Shown: positions 9,604 through 22,415, counted from the first letter of the stretch. The stretch: 64,000 nt of DNA from an uncultured Candidatus Binatia bacterium (GCA_965213675.1 OZ243916.1:2112001-2176000); one strand, 5' to 3'. The notes: generated by a model not told the origin, from the sequence alone. A program made the numbers and translations.

Positions 9604-9980
9604 GGCGCGACACGCTCCTCCAACAAAATCCGCCGACAGCGGCCGCCAAGTCGCGGTTGCGAGGTTGCCGGAGTGCTTGCCAACCGGTTCCCGCGGACAG
9701 CGGCAGACTTGTCGACAGGATAAAAGCTACCATAACTGGCGCCGGCCCGTAAACGGAGCCGGGAGAGCGGAACCGGTGGGAGGGCAACGATTCCCGGCTG
9801 GGCCCTGGATCGCCTCGGCAAGCGTGGCGAGCGTGATGCGGACCGAGCGGGATGCGGGCTTTGGGCGCGGCCGATTTCCCTTTCCGAGGTCGATCCGGGG
9901 GCGAAATGGGGATCGCCGGACGAGTCGGCGGCCCCGGCAGCGCTTCCATGAGGCTGGCATTCCGGTATAATTCAGAGTCG

Positions 9981-10736
9981 ATGGCTCCCCCACCCTCACG
10001 GCGACCATGCGCCCGCGTTTGGCCTTGGGTCATCGCATCCCTCGTGGCGCTTGCGGCGTGCGCGCCCACGAACCCGAACCCCACGAATCGGGATTCTTCA
10101 CGGCCCGACGTCTCACGGTCGGTTCCCACGATGCCGCCGGACACGCCGCGTGTCCCCACCTCTCCCAAGGTTCCGCTGGCGCAGGAGGGCGTCGCGTCCT
10201 GGTACGGCCCGGGCTTTCACGGCAGGAAGACCAGCAGCGGCGCCGTCTTCGACCAGCACGGCATGACCGCCGCGCACCAGACCCTGCCGCTGGGATCCAG
10301 CGTTCACGTCACCAATCTCACCAACGGCAAGTCCGTCACCGTTCTGATCAACGACCGCGGCCCGTTCGTCAAGAATCGGGTGATCGACCTCTCCTACGCC
10401 GCGGCCCGCGCGGTGGACATGATCCGGCCCGGCATCGTGCCGGTACGGCTGAAGGTCGTGGACACGGGCGGTCACGACCTCCAGGCCATCCCGGACCGCC
10501 TCGACTACACCTTGCAGGTGGGGGCCTTTACCGTGCTGGCCAAGGCGGAGAATCTGAAGACACGGCTCCAGAGCCGTTACAACCGCCCCGTCGTCATCGA
10601 AGCCCACGGAGACTACTACCGCGTCCGCCTCGGCATCTTCGCCGACTACTCCGCCGCCAAGGACTACGGCGCCCGATTGAATCGGGACGGCCTGCCCGCG
10701 GTAGTGGTGGAGAAATGGCCGCCAGCGGGGCCGTGA
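9981..10736 (+). CDS. rlpA: RlpA family septal ring lytic transglycosylase lipoprotein with SPOR domain
   Basis: Lipobox 'LAAC'; DPBB 'GVASWYG..FHG.KT', 'TAAHQTLP', 'INDRGPF', 'IDLSYAAA'; SPOR 'LQVGAF...YRVRLG'. Confidence 0.9.
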   Translation: MAPPPSRRPCARVWPWVIASLVALAACAPTNPNPTNRDSSRPDVSRSVPTMPPDTPRVPTSPKVPLAQEGVASWYGPGFHGRKTSSGAVFDQHGMTAAHQTLPLGSSVHVTNLTNGKSVTVLINDRGPFVKNRVIDLSYAAARAVDMIRPGIVPVRLKVVDTGGHDLQAIPDRLDYTLQVGAFTVLAKAENLKTRLQSRYNRPVVIEAHGDYYRVRLGIFADYSAAKDYGARLNRDGLPAVVVEKWPPAGP

Positions 10737-10864
10737 CGCCGGTCACCGAATCGGTGCGGACACCGCGTCGACGGCTGAATGGAACTCGTTCCAGCCCCAC
10801 GAGGCCTCGTTCCGAGGAAATGGTGCTGTCCGAACCCCCCACTGCCGTGCGAATCGGCAGCGTG

Positions 10865-10906
10865 GAATAGTCCCGTCAGCCGGCCGGATAGTCCCTTCGG
10901 CCGGCC
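10865..10906. repeat. Two-unit 21-bp tandem repeat in a convergent intergenic region
   Basis: GAATAGTCCCGTCAGCCGGCC / GGATAGTCCCTTCGGCCGGCC. Confidence 0.6.
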
Positions 10907-10960
10907 GAGCGGACGGCGAAGGCTTGCTGATCTGGCAGTATGATGCCGGATTTACAAGGA

Positions 10961-11785
10961 TCAGACAGGTGGGGGAGTTCTCAAGAGGTACCGGTTGCCT
11001 TCCACATACACCCGCTCCTCGGCGATCAATTTCAACAGGTGGGCTTCGACGGAGGAGTGGGCCACGCGCATGAGCGCTGCGGGATAGTCCACGTAAATGA
11101 GCGCCACCAAGTCGTCGATGGACTGGCGCCCTTCGCGCAGGCCCTGCAGGATCTGTTCCTCCCGCATCAGCCGATGGTCGATGTATTCCCGGATCTTGGC
11201 CATGGGCTCGGTCACGAACGGACCGTGACCGGGAAGCAGCAACTCGATGTCGAGCGAAAGGAGCTTCTCCAGGGACTCCATGTAGTGGAGCATGTTCCCT
11301 TCGCCCGCCGGCACCACCGTGGTGCCCTTGCCGAGGATGTGGTCTCCGGAGAAGAGGATCTTCTTTTCCCGCTCGTAGAAGCAGCAATGCCCGGCCTCGT
11401 GGCCCGGAGTGAACACCACCTCCAGCTCGCCGCCGTCATACGGGATGCGGTCACCCTCGTCGTAGGTGAAGTCCTCGCCGCCCAAGTGCCCCGCGCGCAC
11501 CCGTGAAATCCCGACCTCGGCGCCGCTGCGCTCCTTGAGGGCCAGCGCGCCGCCGCAGTGGTCCATGTGGATGTGGGTCAGCAGAATGCGGGAAATGCGC
11601 GTCCCGCCCAACGCCGCCATCTCGGACAACAAGCCGTCGATGTTCTCATTCGAACCAAGCGCCACGTCGATGACCGTGATCGCCTCGCGGCCCAGGAGGT
11701 ACTGGTTCGTCCCCCGGAGCGTCATGTAGCCGGGATTGGTGGCGGTGAGGCAGCGTATGTTGTCAGCGTTCTCTACCTTGGGCAT
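10961..11785 (-). CDS. MBL-fold metallo-hydrolase (LACTB2-like, with C-terminal winged helix)
   Basis: 'NPGYMTLRGTN', 'LTHIHMDHCGG', 'TPGH', 'SGDH', 'PGHG'. Confidence 0.85.
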   Translation of the reverse strand: MPKVENADNIRCLTATNPGYMTLRGTNQYLLGREAITVIDVALGSNENIDGLLSEMAALGGTRISRILLTHIHMDHCGGALALKERSGAEVGISRVRAGHLGGEDFTYDEGDRIPYDGGELEVVFTPGHEAGHCCFYEREKKILFSGDHILGKGTTVVPAGEGNMLHYMESLEKLLSLDIELLLPGHGPFVTEPMAKIREYIDHRLMREEQILQGLREGRQSIDDLVALIYVDYPAALMRVAHSSVEAHLLKLIAEERVYVEGNRYLLRTPPPV

Positions 11786-11874
11786 GGGCAGGTGTTCTCC
11801 TCAGTTTCGGGCCATCACGGACACCGGATCCACGCCTGGACACGACCCGATCTCACATGCCTGGCCCACGCCGG

Positions 11875-12747
11875 TCATGCGCCGCCCAAGGCCTCGGCCA
11901 ATTCCAGGGTACGGCGCGCCCGTTCGATGATGGGTCGGTCGATGAGCTGGCCGCCGAAGGCCACGGAGCCGTCGCCGCGGGCGGCGGCCTCTTCGTAGGC
12001 CTCGATGACCTTGCGGGCGTAGTCGATCTCTTCGGGGCCGGGGCTGAAGGCGGCGTTGATGGGCGCGATCTGCCCCGGATGGATGGACGACATGCCGGTG
12101 AAGCCCAAGCGCCGCGACTGCAGCGCGAACCGGGTGAGGCCGTCCGCGTCCTGGAGATCCACCCAGACCCCGTCCACCGCCTGGACATGGGCCGAAGCCG
12201 CCGCCACCACCAGTGCCGAGCGGGCGTAGAGCAGCTCCTGGGCCTCTCCCTCGCGGGACGCGGGCAGGCCCAGTTCCCGGCCGAAGTCCTCCGCGCCGAA
12301 CATGAGCCCCACGACGCGAGGCGAGCACCCGGCGATGGCCGGAGCGGCCAGGAGTCCCCGGGGACTCTCGATGGCCACCAGCATCTTCACCGTCGTGCCC
12401 GTGGACGCCTCGTGCGCCGCCACCAGCGACTCCACCGTGGCGATCTCTTCCGGCGATTCCACCTTGGGCAGCACCAGCCCGTCGAGCCCCGGCCGCAGCA
12501 CCGCGGCGAGGTCGTCCGCCATGCGCTGGTGGCCGATGGCGTTGATGCGCACGTAGCGCAACGGTTGCCCCGGGCTCCGCTCGCGCCCCAGGGCCTCGCC
12601 GATGAGACGCCGGGCCTCCGCCTTCTCCGCCGGCGCCACGCCGTCCTCGATGTCCAGCATGAGCGCGTCCGCGTCCAGCCCCAGGGCCTTGTCGATCATC
12701 CGCTGCCGGTGGCCCGGCACGAACATCCAGGAACGTTGCAAATCCAT
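11875..12747 (-). CDS. CitE/HpcH family CoA-ester lyase
   Basis: 'RSWMFVPG', 'LDIEDGV', 'VRIN', 'LPKVE', 'IESPRG', 'FGAEDF', 'IHPGQ', 'IDRP'. Confidence 0.88.
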   Translation of the reverse strand: MDLQRSWMFVPGHRQRMIDKALGLDADALMLDIEDGVAPAEKAEARRLIGEALGRERSPGQPLRYVRINAIGHQRMADDLAAVLRPGLDGLVLPKVESPEEIATVESLVAAHEASTGTTVKMLVAIESPRGLLAAPAIAGCSPRVVGLMFGAEDFGRELGLPASREGEAQELLYARSALVVAAASAHVQAVDGVWVDLQDADGLTRFALQSRRLGFTGMSSIHPGQIAPINAAFSPGPEEIDYARKVIEAYEEAAARGDGSVAFGGQLIDRPIIERARRTLELAEALGGA

Positions 12748-12840
12748 GGTCAGCCGTTTCCTTCGACGGTTCAGGTCACGGGAAGCCACGGGTTGCGGCC
12801 GGCTCCGGCGCGAACAACGCCGTCCTTCTCCGCGCGTCCG

Positions 12841-14004
12841 TCAATACGACCGTGGCATGCCCAGAACGTGCTGCCCGAGGTAGGCCAGCACCAGGTTGTT
12901 GCTCACCGGCGCGATGGTCAGGAGCCGGGTCTCGCGGAACTTGCGCTCCACGTCGTAGTCCACCGACAGGCCGTAGCCGCCGTGGGTGGTGATGCAGGCG
13001 TTGGCCGCCTCCCACGCGGCTTCGGAGGCCAGCAGCTTGGCCATGTTGGCCTCGGCGCCGCAGCGCTCGCCTCGGTCGAACTTCGACGCCGCGTGCCAGC
13101 GCACCAAGTCCGCCGCCTCGATGTGGGCGTAGGCCTGGGCGATGGGAAACTGAATCCCCTGGTTGGCGCCAATGGGGCGGCCGAACACTTGGCGCTCGCT
13201 GGCGTAGCGCGACGCCCGCTCCACGAACCAGCGCCCGTCCCCCACCGCCTCCGCGGCGATGAGCACCCGTTCCGCGTTCCAGCCATCGATAATGTAGCGG
13301 AAGCCCATGCCCTCCTCACCGATGAGGTTCTCCGCCGGCACCTCCAGGTCGGAGAAGAACAGCGCGTTGGTGTGATGGTTGATCATCATGTCCAGGGGCT
13401 TCACTTCCAGCGCGTCCCCGGCTTCCCTCAAGTCCACCAGAAACGCCGACAATCCGCGGGTCTTGTCCTCGAGCTCGTCGTAGGGGGTGGTGCGGGCCAG
13501 CAGCAGCATCAGGTCCGACTGCAACACCCGCGAGATGAAGATCTTCTGCCCGTTCACCACGTAGCGGTCGCCCTTGCGCACCGCCGTGGTGCGGATGCGC
13601 GTGGTCTCGGAGCCGGAGTCGGGCTCGGTGACGCCGAACGCCTGGAGGCGGATCTCGCCGCTGGCCACCCCGGGCAGGTAACGCCGCTTCTGCTCCTCGC
13701 TGCCGTGCCGCAGCACGGTGCCCATGGTGTACATCTGCGCGTGGCAGGCGGTGGCGTTGCCGCCCCAGCGGTTGATCTCCTCCAGGATGATGCTGGCCTC
13801 GGTGATGCCGAGTCCGATGCCGCCGTATTCCTCGGGAATCAGCGCCGCCAGCCAGCCCAGCTCCGTGAGCTTGGCCACGAACGCCTCGGGATACTCGTTA
13901 CGGGCATCGACGTCACGCCAATACGGATCGGAATAGTCCTGGCAGACCTTGCGGATCTCCTCCCGGAGCTGCACCTGGTCTTCGGTAGGGGTGAAATCCA
14001 TCAT
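12841..14004 (-). CDS. Acyl-CoA dehydrogenase
   Basis: 'IPEEYGG', 'FGVTEPDSGS', 'NGQKIFIS', 'RQVFGRPIG', 'THGGYG...VERKFRE'. Confidence 0.92.
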   Translation of the reverse strand: MMDFTPTEDQVQLREEIRKVCQDYSDPYWRDVDARNEYPEAFVAKLTELGWLAALIPEEYGGIGLGITEASIILEEINRWGGNATACHAQMYTMGTVLRHGSEEQKRRYLPGVASGEIRLQAFGVTEPDSGSETTRIRTTAVRKGDRYVVNGQKIFISRVLQSDLMLLLARTTPYDELEDKTRGLSAFLVDLREAGDALEVKPLDMMINHHTNALFFSDLEVPAENLIGEEGMGFRYIIDGWNAERVLIAAEAVGDGRWFVERASRYASERQVFGRPIGANQGIQFPIAQAYAHIEAADLVRWHAASKFDRGERCGAEANMAKLLASEAAWEAANACITTHGGYGLSVDYDVERKFRETRLLTIAPVSNNLVLAYLGQHVLGMPRSY

Positions 14005-14113
14005 GGGTGTGCGGTACTATACAGAGTGGAAGTCACGAATGCCAATTTCACCCGGCTACGGCTTGCAGTACGAGGTCTCGGCCCGATAACATTTGAATCG
14101 GAGGTTTCGCCAA

Positions 14114-14347
14114 ATGAATCAAGCCGTAAAACGCTCGACCATCTACTTGGACTCCGATCTTCACCAGGCTTTGAGATTCAAGGCAACAGCGACCAAACGG
14201 TCGGTTTCCGCTTTGGTAAATCAAGCAGTCCGCGAGGCCTTGCGGGAAGATCAGGAAGACGTTTCGGCCTTTGATGAGCGGGCGTCCGAACCGACGTTGT
14301 CCTTCGAAGAACTGTTAAACGACCTCAAGGCCCATGGCCGGCTTTGA
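14114..14347 (+). CDS. CopG/ribbon-helix-helix antitoxin
   Basis: 'KRSTIYLDSDLHQALR..A..T.RSVS.LVN.AVR'; acidic C-terminus; overlaps the toxin start. Confidence 0.8.
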   Translation: MNQAVKRSTIYLDSDLHQALRFKATATKRSVSALVNQAVREALREDQEDVSAFDERASEPTLSFEELLNDLKAHGRL

Positions 14348-14597
14348 GATCGTCTTCAAACAGTCCGTCGCGAAGGACCTCCGTCGTATCTCCACACGGG
14401 ACATTGCGAGAATTCTGTCACGCATACGTGGGCTCGCCTCGGAACCTCGTCCCAACGGCGTAGAGAAACTACCCGGTCAGCAACGGTACCGGATCAGGCA
14501 AGGCGCCTATCGGATCATCTATGAAGTCAAGGATAGCCAATCACTCGTGGTTGTCGTTAAAGTCGGCCATCGCCGCGACGTGTACAGGAGCCGCTGA
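14334..14597 (+). CDS. RelE/ParE family toxin
   Basis: 'SVAKDL', 'PRPNGVEKL', 'YRIRQGAYRIIY', 'VGHRRDVY'. Confidence 0.9.
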   Translation: MAGFEIVFKQSVAKDLRRISTRDIARILSRIRGLASEPRPNGVEKLPGQQRYRIRQGAYRIIYEVKDSQSLVVVVKVGHRRDVYRSR

Positions 14598-14665
14598 CCT
14601 GTGACAATCATAGGGTTGGAACGAACAGGGAAATTCAGCGTCACGGCCTGCAATCCAAGGACTCG

Positions 14666-15433
14666 ATGGGTAGCGTGACGAACCGCGCGAGTCGTCGGTT
14701 TCTCTTCGTTGCCTCCGCTGGAATGGCTTTGGTGCTAAACCTGACGGCGACCCCTGGCGCGCAGGATACAACTACGCTCGAGGTCGGCAAATTCTCCGCC
14801 GCCAAGGCCGGCGGCGCGTTACCGGACTCCTGGGAGCCGCTCACCTTCGACAAGATCGAGAAGCACACGGAATACTCGCTGGTGGACGACGGCGGCATCG
14901 TCGCGGTCAAGGCGGTCAGCCGGGCTTCGGCGTCGGGCCTGGTGCGCCAGGTGGACATCGACCCCATGCAATACCCCGTGGTGGAGTGGCGCTGGAAGGT
15001 CGAAAATGTCCTGAAGAAGGGCGACGTCACCCGCAAGGACGGCGACGACTACCCCGCCCGGGTGTACATCACGTTCAGGTATGACAGCAGCAAGGTGGGG
15101 TTCTTCGAACGTGCCAAGTACGAAGCCGTCCGCTTGGCCCATGGGGAATACCCCCCCTTGGGGGCGATCAACTACATCTGGGAGAGCAAGAGTCCGGTGG
15201 GAACCGTTGTCCCCAACCCCTACACCGGCCGCGTCCGGATGTTCGTGCTGCAGAGCGGCAACGGCAAGTCCGGCGAGTGGGTGACGGAGTCGCGCAATCT
15301 CGTCGAGGACTACCGGAGTGCCTTCGGCGGCGACCCGCCACGCATCTCCGGCGTGGCGGTGATGACCGATACCGACAACACCGGCGAATCCGCGGTGGCC
15401 TGGTTCGGGGACATCGTGTTCAAGAGGCAGTGA
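14666..15433 (+). CDS. DUF3047 family exported protein
   Basis: Signal-like N-terminus; 'W.WKV', 'DDYPARVY', 'INYIW', 'VAVMTDTDNTG..A.AWFGDI'. Confidence 0.8.
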   Translation: MGSVTNRASRRFLFVASAGMALVLNLTATPGAQDTTTLEVGKFSAAKAGGALPDSWEPLTFDKIEKHTEYSLVDDGGIVAVKAVSRASASGLVRQVDIDPMQYPVVEWRWKVENVLKKGDVTRKDGDDYPARVYITFRYDSSKVGFFERAKYEAVRLAHGEYPPLGAINYIWESKSPVGTVVPNPYTGRVRMFVLQSGNGKSGEWVTESRNLVEDYRSAFGGDPPRISGVAVMTDTDNTGESAVAWFGDIVFKRQ

Positions 15434-15525
15434 CGGCCGCCCGGGTTGTCACTGTTCGGCGTGGCCTGTGCTACCCTGTGGTGGCAGCGCACACACCCTC
15501 CTCCGGGTCATTCCCTCCCCCCACC

Positions 15526-15575
15526 TGGATTCCCGCCCCCGATCGGGGTCGAGGGCAAGCTTTCGCGGGAATGAC
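15526..15575 (-). repeat. REP/dRS3-like palindrome, long (50-bp) variant
   Basis: Reverse complement of GTCATTCCCGCGAAAG-CTTGCCCTCGACCCCGATCGGGGG-CGGGAATCCA. Confidence 0.8.
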
Positions 15576-15609
15576 GGAGGAGGAGGAGAGGGAATGATGA
15601 TGTGCGAAA

Positions 15610-15774
15610 CTAGTGTGGTGTCTGGTTAATTCGCGTCATAATCTGCGGAGGATTTTTTGTCGTCGGCAAGGCGCGATGACGAGCAGTGGCGGGTACCACG
15701 CGAGGAAGAGCAACGCAGCCGACGGCGAATAAGACCCGCAGATTATGACGCGAATTATCCAGACACCACACTAG
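15610..15774. mobile_element. 165-bp MITE type B (copy 3, opposite orientation to copy 2)
   Basis: CTAG ends, type B terminal repeats, reverse-complement core. Confidence 0.85.
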
Positions 15775-15792
15775 CACGGAAGGAGATTCCCC

Positions 15793-16299
15793 ATGGCCGT
15801 CGTACAGGGCTGGGAAGGACGTTACTTCGAGGACTTCAACGTCGGCGATGTGTACCGCTGCCGGGTGGGGCGCACGGTGACGGAAAACGACAACATCTGG
15901 TTTACGCTGCTCACCAACAACACCAACCAGATCCACTTCAACAACGAGTACGGCAAACGCACCGAGTTCGGGAAGTGCCTGATCAACAGCGCCCTCACAC
16001 TGGCCATCGTGGCGGGCATGGGTGTGGCGGACGTGAGCGAGAACGGCTTCGCCCTGGGCTGGGACCAGATCACGCTGCCCAACCCCTTGTTCGCCGGGGA
16101 CACGCTCTACTCCGAATCCGAGGTGCTGGAAAAGCGCGACTCCAGGTCGAAACCGCAGTGGGGCATCGTCAAGGTGCGCACCCGGGGCGTGCAGCAGGAA
16201 GGCAAGGTGGTCATCGACTACGCCCGCAGCGTCATGGTCTGGCGCAAGGAGTTCGCGCCCCGGCGGGACATCTTTCCGGAGATCGTCGATGGGGAATAG
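15793..16299 (+). CDS. MaoC family dehydratase
   Basis: 'GRYFEDF.VGD', 'GRTVTENDN..FT.LT.N..Q.HF', 'PLFAGDTLY'; AAGGAG RBS. Confidence 0.88.
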   Translation: MAVVQGWEGRYFEDFNVGDVYRCRVGRTVTENDNIWFTLLTNNTNQIHFNNEYGKRTEFGKCLINSALTLAIVAGMGVADVSENGFALGWDQITLPNPLFAGDTLYSESEVLEKRDSRSKPQWGIVKVRTRGVQQEGKVVIDYARSVMVWRKEFAPRRDIFPEIVDGE

Positions 16300-17479
16300 C
16301 GGCCTCGCATTGAGCGGCGTGCGCGTCATGGCCTTCGAGCAGGTGCTCGCCGGCCCCTTCGGCACCGGCCTGCTGGGAGAGATGGGGGCCGAGGTCATCA
16401 AGATCGAGCGCCCGGGCGTGGGCGACCTGATCCGCCACTGGGACACCGCCGTGAAGGGCCTGTCCTCCGGCTACGTGTGGCTCAACCGCAACAAGCGGAG
16501 CCTCACGGTGGACGTCAAGAAGCCGGAGGGCCTGGAGGTCCTGCACAAGCTCGCCGAAACTACCGACGTCTTCTTCGAGAACTACGCCCCGGGAGTGGCC
16601 GAGCGCGTGGGGCTGGGCTGGGAGACCCTCCACGAATTGAACCCGCGGCTCATCTATTGCTCGCTTTCGGGCTACGGCCAGGACGGCCCCTATCGCGACG
16701 TCAAGGCCTACGACCTGCTCATCCAAGGGGAGGCCGGCATCATCGCCACCACTGGCTATCCCGACAAGCCCGCCCGGGCCGGCGTGTCCGTTTCCGACAT
16801 CGCCTCCGGCATGTACGCGGCCTTGGCCATTGTGCTGGCTTTGTTCCAGCGGGAGAAAACCGGTGAGGGGCAAGTCATCGACATCTCCATGTTCGAGAGC
16901 ATTCTCTCCTGGCTCGGCTACTTCCCGCACCACTACTGGCACCGGGGCGAGGAGCCCGACCGGGTGGGCATGCGCCACCACTACGTCACCCCCTACGGAC
17001 CCTACATGGCCGGGGACGGCGAGTACGTGAACCTCGCCGTGGCCACGCCCAAGGACTGGGAGGCCTTCTGCCTCAAGGTGATGGAAAACAAATCGCTGAT
17101 GGAAGACCCTCGGTTCGCCACGGTGGAGGCCCGCAGGGAGAACCGCGCCGCGCTGGAGGAAACCATTGAGCAGCTCTTCCTGGAGCACGGCCACGAGACT
17201 TGGCTCCAGCGCCTGCAGACAGCCGAACTGCCCAACGGCAAGGTCCGGGGCATCGCCCAGGTGCTCGCCCATCCCCAGGCGGCCGCCCGCAAGATGGTCC
17301 GGGAAGTGGACTCCCCCGTGGGCAAGGTGCCGGTCATCGGCAGCCCGCTCAACCTGTCCGGCAGCCCGGCCCGCTACGGCCCCATCCCCGAGCTCGGCGA
17401 CGCCACCGACTCAATCCTGCAAGAGCTCGGCTACGACGCCGAGGGCATCGCGCGATTGCACCGGGACAAGGCGGTCTGA
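16289..17479 (+). CDS. CaiB/BaiF family (class III) CoA transferase
   Basis: 'LAGPF', 'GAEVIKIERPG.GD', 'NRNKRS', 'ENYAPG', 'SGYGQDGPY', 'AYDLLIQ'. Confidence 0.92.
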   Translation: MGNSGLALSGVRVMAFEQVLAGPFGTGLLGEMGAEVIKIERPGVGDLIRHWDTAVKGLSSGYVWLNRNKRSLTVDVKKPEGLEVLHKLAETTDVFFENYAPGVAERVGLGWETLHELNPRLIYCSLSGYGQDGPYRDVKAYDLLIQGEAGIIATTGYPDKPARAGVSVSDIASGMYAALAIVLALFQREKTGEGQVIDISMFESILSWLGYFPHHYWHRGEEPDRVGMRHHYVTPYGPYMAGDGEYVNLAVATPKDWEAFCLKVMENKSLMEDPRFATVEARRENRAALEETIEQLFLEHGHETWLQRLQTAELPNGKVRGIAQVLAHPQAAARKMVREVDSPVGKVPVIGSPLNLSGSPARYGPIPELGDATDSILQELGYDAEGIARLHRDKAV

Positions 17480-17510
17480 GTCTCCGCCGACATCATTGCC
17501 GCCTTCCGCC

Positions 17511-17560
17511 GTCATTCCCGCGAAAGCTTGCCCTCGACCCCGGTCGGGGGCGGCAATCCA
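17511..17560 (+). repeat. REP/dRS3-like palindrome, long variant
   Basis: GTCATTCCCGCGAAAGCTTGCCCTCGACCCCGGTCGGGGGCGGCAATCCA. Confidence 0.8.
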
Positions 17561-17725
17561 GGGGTGACGGGCGGCGTCCCGATCGAGTCCGGGAAGGCTT
17601 CGCCGCTGATTTGGCAAGCCGCACCGGTTACGGTAGAAAGAGGAGTTTCAAGGCCCCGCGGCATCCATCCGCCTGCGTCCTTCCGGGCCGCCCGAAACCG
17701 ACAAATCCATATCAAGGAGCCTGGC

Positions 17726-20419
<2,694 letters not shown>

Positions 20420-20524
20420 CCCGGTCTCCAGCGCCCCGGCCCGCGTCTCCGCGCGCGGGCCGTCGGCGCGCCTCCGGAAACACCCCGCAAACGGTATCCG
20501 AGAGAGGCCACGACTCCCCGAAGC

Positions 20525-20574
20525 GTCATTCCCGCAAAAGCTTGTCCTCGGCCCTGATCGAGGACGGGAATCCA
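20525..20574 (+). repeat. REP/dRS3-like palindrome, long variant
   Basis: GTCATTCCCGCAAAAGCTTGTCCTCGGCCCTGATCGAGGACGGGAATCCA. Confidence 0.75.
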
Positions 20575-20614
20575 GGTGGGGCGAGGCGGCGGAACCCCGC
20601 CCAGTCTAAACCTC

Positions 20615-21517
20615 ATGAAGCCGATTGTCCGTACTCTCACAGTTGTGACCGCTGGCGTGATGCTGTTTGCCGCGACCGTGGATGCGCAACGGACGGGGCG
20701 CCGGCAGGCCCGCTACCACACCGCCACCGAAAGAGCCCCGGTGACCTTGGTGCCCGCGAACGAGACCGCCGGTTCTCCGCGAGCGTCCATCGAGGTGTCC
20801 GGCGCCACTCGGACGATCCGTTCCAACGGCATCCCGGCGCACGCGGTGGGAGCCTTCCCGAACCGCGGCAACCCCCACACGATCAGCCCGCAAGACTACG
20901 GGTTCACCGTCACCACCGAACCGGCGCCGGCAGGGAAAACCACCGCGTCGCGTCGCTGGCTTTGGGGCGTGGCCGTCAACGGCGTTCCGTTCGAGGCCGG
21001 CACCGCGGAATACTGGCATGGCGAGCGCCGGGGCCCCTGGAACTACGACGCCCTCGGGGGCGCCGTCCGGCTCGGGCTGGATTCCAACCACGCCCACGTC
21101 CAACGGACCGGCGCCTACCATTATCACGCGCTGCCCACGGGCCTTCTGCGGCAACTGGGCTGGAGCGCGGATGCTCACTCGCCCCTGATCGGCTGGGCAG
21201 CGGACGGCTTTCCCATCTATGCAATCACCGGCGACCTGGGCAACGGCATACAGAGGGTCCGCGCTTCCTACCGGCTGAAATCCGCCGCGCGCCCCGGCGG
21301 GGATGAACCGGACGGCACCCATGACGGGGCCTTCGTGCAGGACTGGCAATACGTCGCCGGCAGCGGCGACCTGGATGAATGCAACGGCGCCGTGACCCGG
21401 TCCGCCGAGTTCCCGGACGGCTCCTACGCCTACTTCATCACCGAAGGCTATCCCTTCGTCGCCCGCTGTTGGAAAGGGACGCCCGACCCCAGCTTCCAGA
21501 AGCGCCGGCGAAGGTGA
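20615..21517 (+). CDS. YHYH domain secreted protein
   Basis: Signal peptide; 'GVAVNGVPF', 'GLD.NHAHVQ..GAYHYH', 'IGWAADGFPIY', 'GDLDECNG', 'YAYFIT'. Confidence 0.85.
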   Translation: MKPIVRTLTVVTAGVMLFAATVDAQRTGRRQARYHTATERAPVTLVPANETAGSPRASIEVSGATRTIRSNGIPAHAVGAFPNRGNPHTISPQDYGFTVTTEPAPAGKTTASRRWLWGVAVNGVPFEAGTAEYWHGERRGPWNYDALGGAVRLGLDSNHAHVQRTGAYHYHALPTGLLRQLGWSADAHSPLIGWAADGFPIYAITGDLGNGIQRVRASYRLKSAARPGGDEPDGTHDGAFVQDWQYVAGSGDLDECNGAVTRSAEFPDGSYAYFITEGYPFVARCWKGTPDPSFQKRRRR

Positions 21518-21527
21518 AGCCCGCGGA

Positions 21528-22403
21528 TCAGGGCGCCGTTCCACTCGTCACGATCAGCACCAGGCCCAGTGTCATGCTTGCCGCAGCCGGCAGGCGGACC
21601 CTGGCGCCTCTCTCGCCCAGCAGACGTATCCCCATGAGCGAACCGATCAGGATGCTGACCTCGCGCGCGGGCGCGATGTGGCTCACCGGGGTGATCTGCA
21701 AGGCTGTCAGCACGAGGATGTAGGCCAGGGGATTCAACAATGCCACGCCCAGGGCCTCGCGCCGATGGTCCAGCCATGCGGTGCGCAACTCGCGCCGGCG
21801 GCGCATGGCGACCCCCGCCAGCAAGATGGCGCGGCCGCAGTTGGTGCCCCAGTCGAGCAGCAACGGCGCGATGGCCATGCCGGTGACCGCGTTCTTGTCC
21901 CAAAGTGTATAGCTTGCGATCACCACTCCGGTGGCCAAGCCGTACAACACCGCCGCTCGTGACGACCCCCTGGCGCGGGACCACACGGCCCCGCCGCTCA
22001 GCAGGAAAACCCCCAGGACGATGAACATGCCGCCAACGAGAACCCCGGCCCCGGGACGCTCCCCCAGAATCAGCATCGCGCCGATGACGGCCAGAAAAGG
22101 CCCGGTGCCCCGCGCCAGCGGATAGACCACCGACAGGTCGCCGGCGCGGTAGCCGCGCTGGAGGACGCCATAGTAGAGCGTGTGCAGCAGGCTGCTGCCG
22201 GCGATCACCGCGACCACCTCGGCGCCCACGGCAACGGCGCGATACCAAGTCCACACCAGCACCGCGGGCAGGTACAGGACCACGGACAGCACGGCGAACA
22301 GCCACTGGAACACTGGCCCGCCCTCGGCTCGCTTGAGCAGGAGGTTCCAGGTGGCGTGGATGAAGGCGGCCGCCAGGAGGAGGGTCAGAGCGAAAAGGGT
22401 CAC
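21528..22403 (-). CDS. EamA/DMT family transporter
   Basis: About ten hydrophobic segments; 'HATWN', 'GDLSVVYPLARG', 'APAREVS'. Confidence 0.85.
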   Translation of the reverse strand: MTLFALTLLLAAAFIHATWNLLLKRAEGGPVFQWLFAVLSVVLYLPAVLVWTWYRAVAVGAEVVAVIAGSSLLHTLYYGVLQRGYRAGDLSVVYPLARGTGPFLAVIGAMLILGERPGAGVLVGGMFIVLGVFLLSGGAVWSRARGSSRAAVLYGLATGVVIASYTLWDKNAVTGMAIAPLLLDWGTNCGRAILLAGVAMRRRRELRTAWLDHRREALGVALLNPLAYILVLTALQITPVSHIAPAREVSILIGSLMGIRLLGERGARVRLPAAASMTLGLVLIVTSGTAP

Positions 22404-22415
22404 GGTCTCTACTGA

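Noticed and set aside
11857-14274. Long antisense ORFs (805 aa here; also 23943..26162, 44821..47649, 47707..50037, 52903..55707, 59416..61626)
   Set aside because: They mirror well-supported genes on the other strand and have no motifs; typical GC-rich shadow ORFs.
17528-17725. N-terminal extension of AcnA
   Set aside because: Runs through a REP element; a good RBS and ATG at 17726 give a normal-length AcnA.
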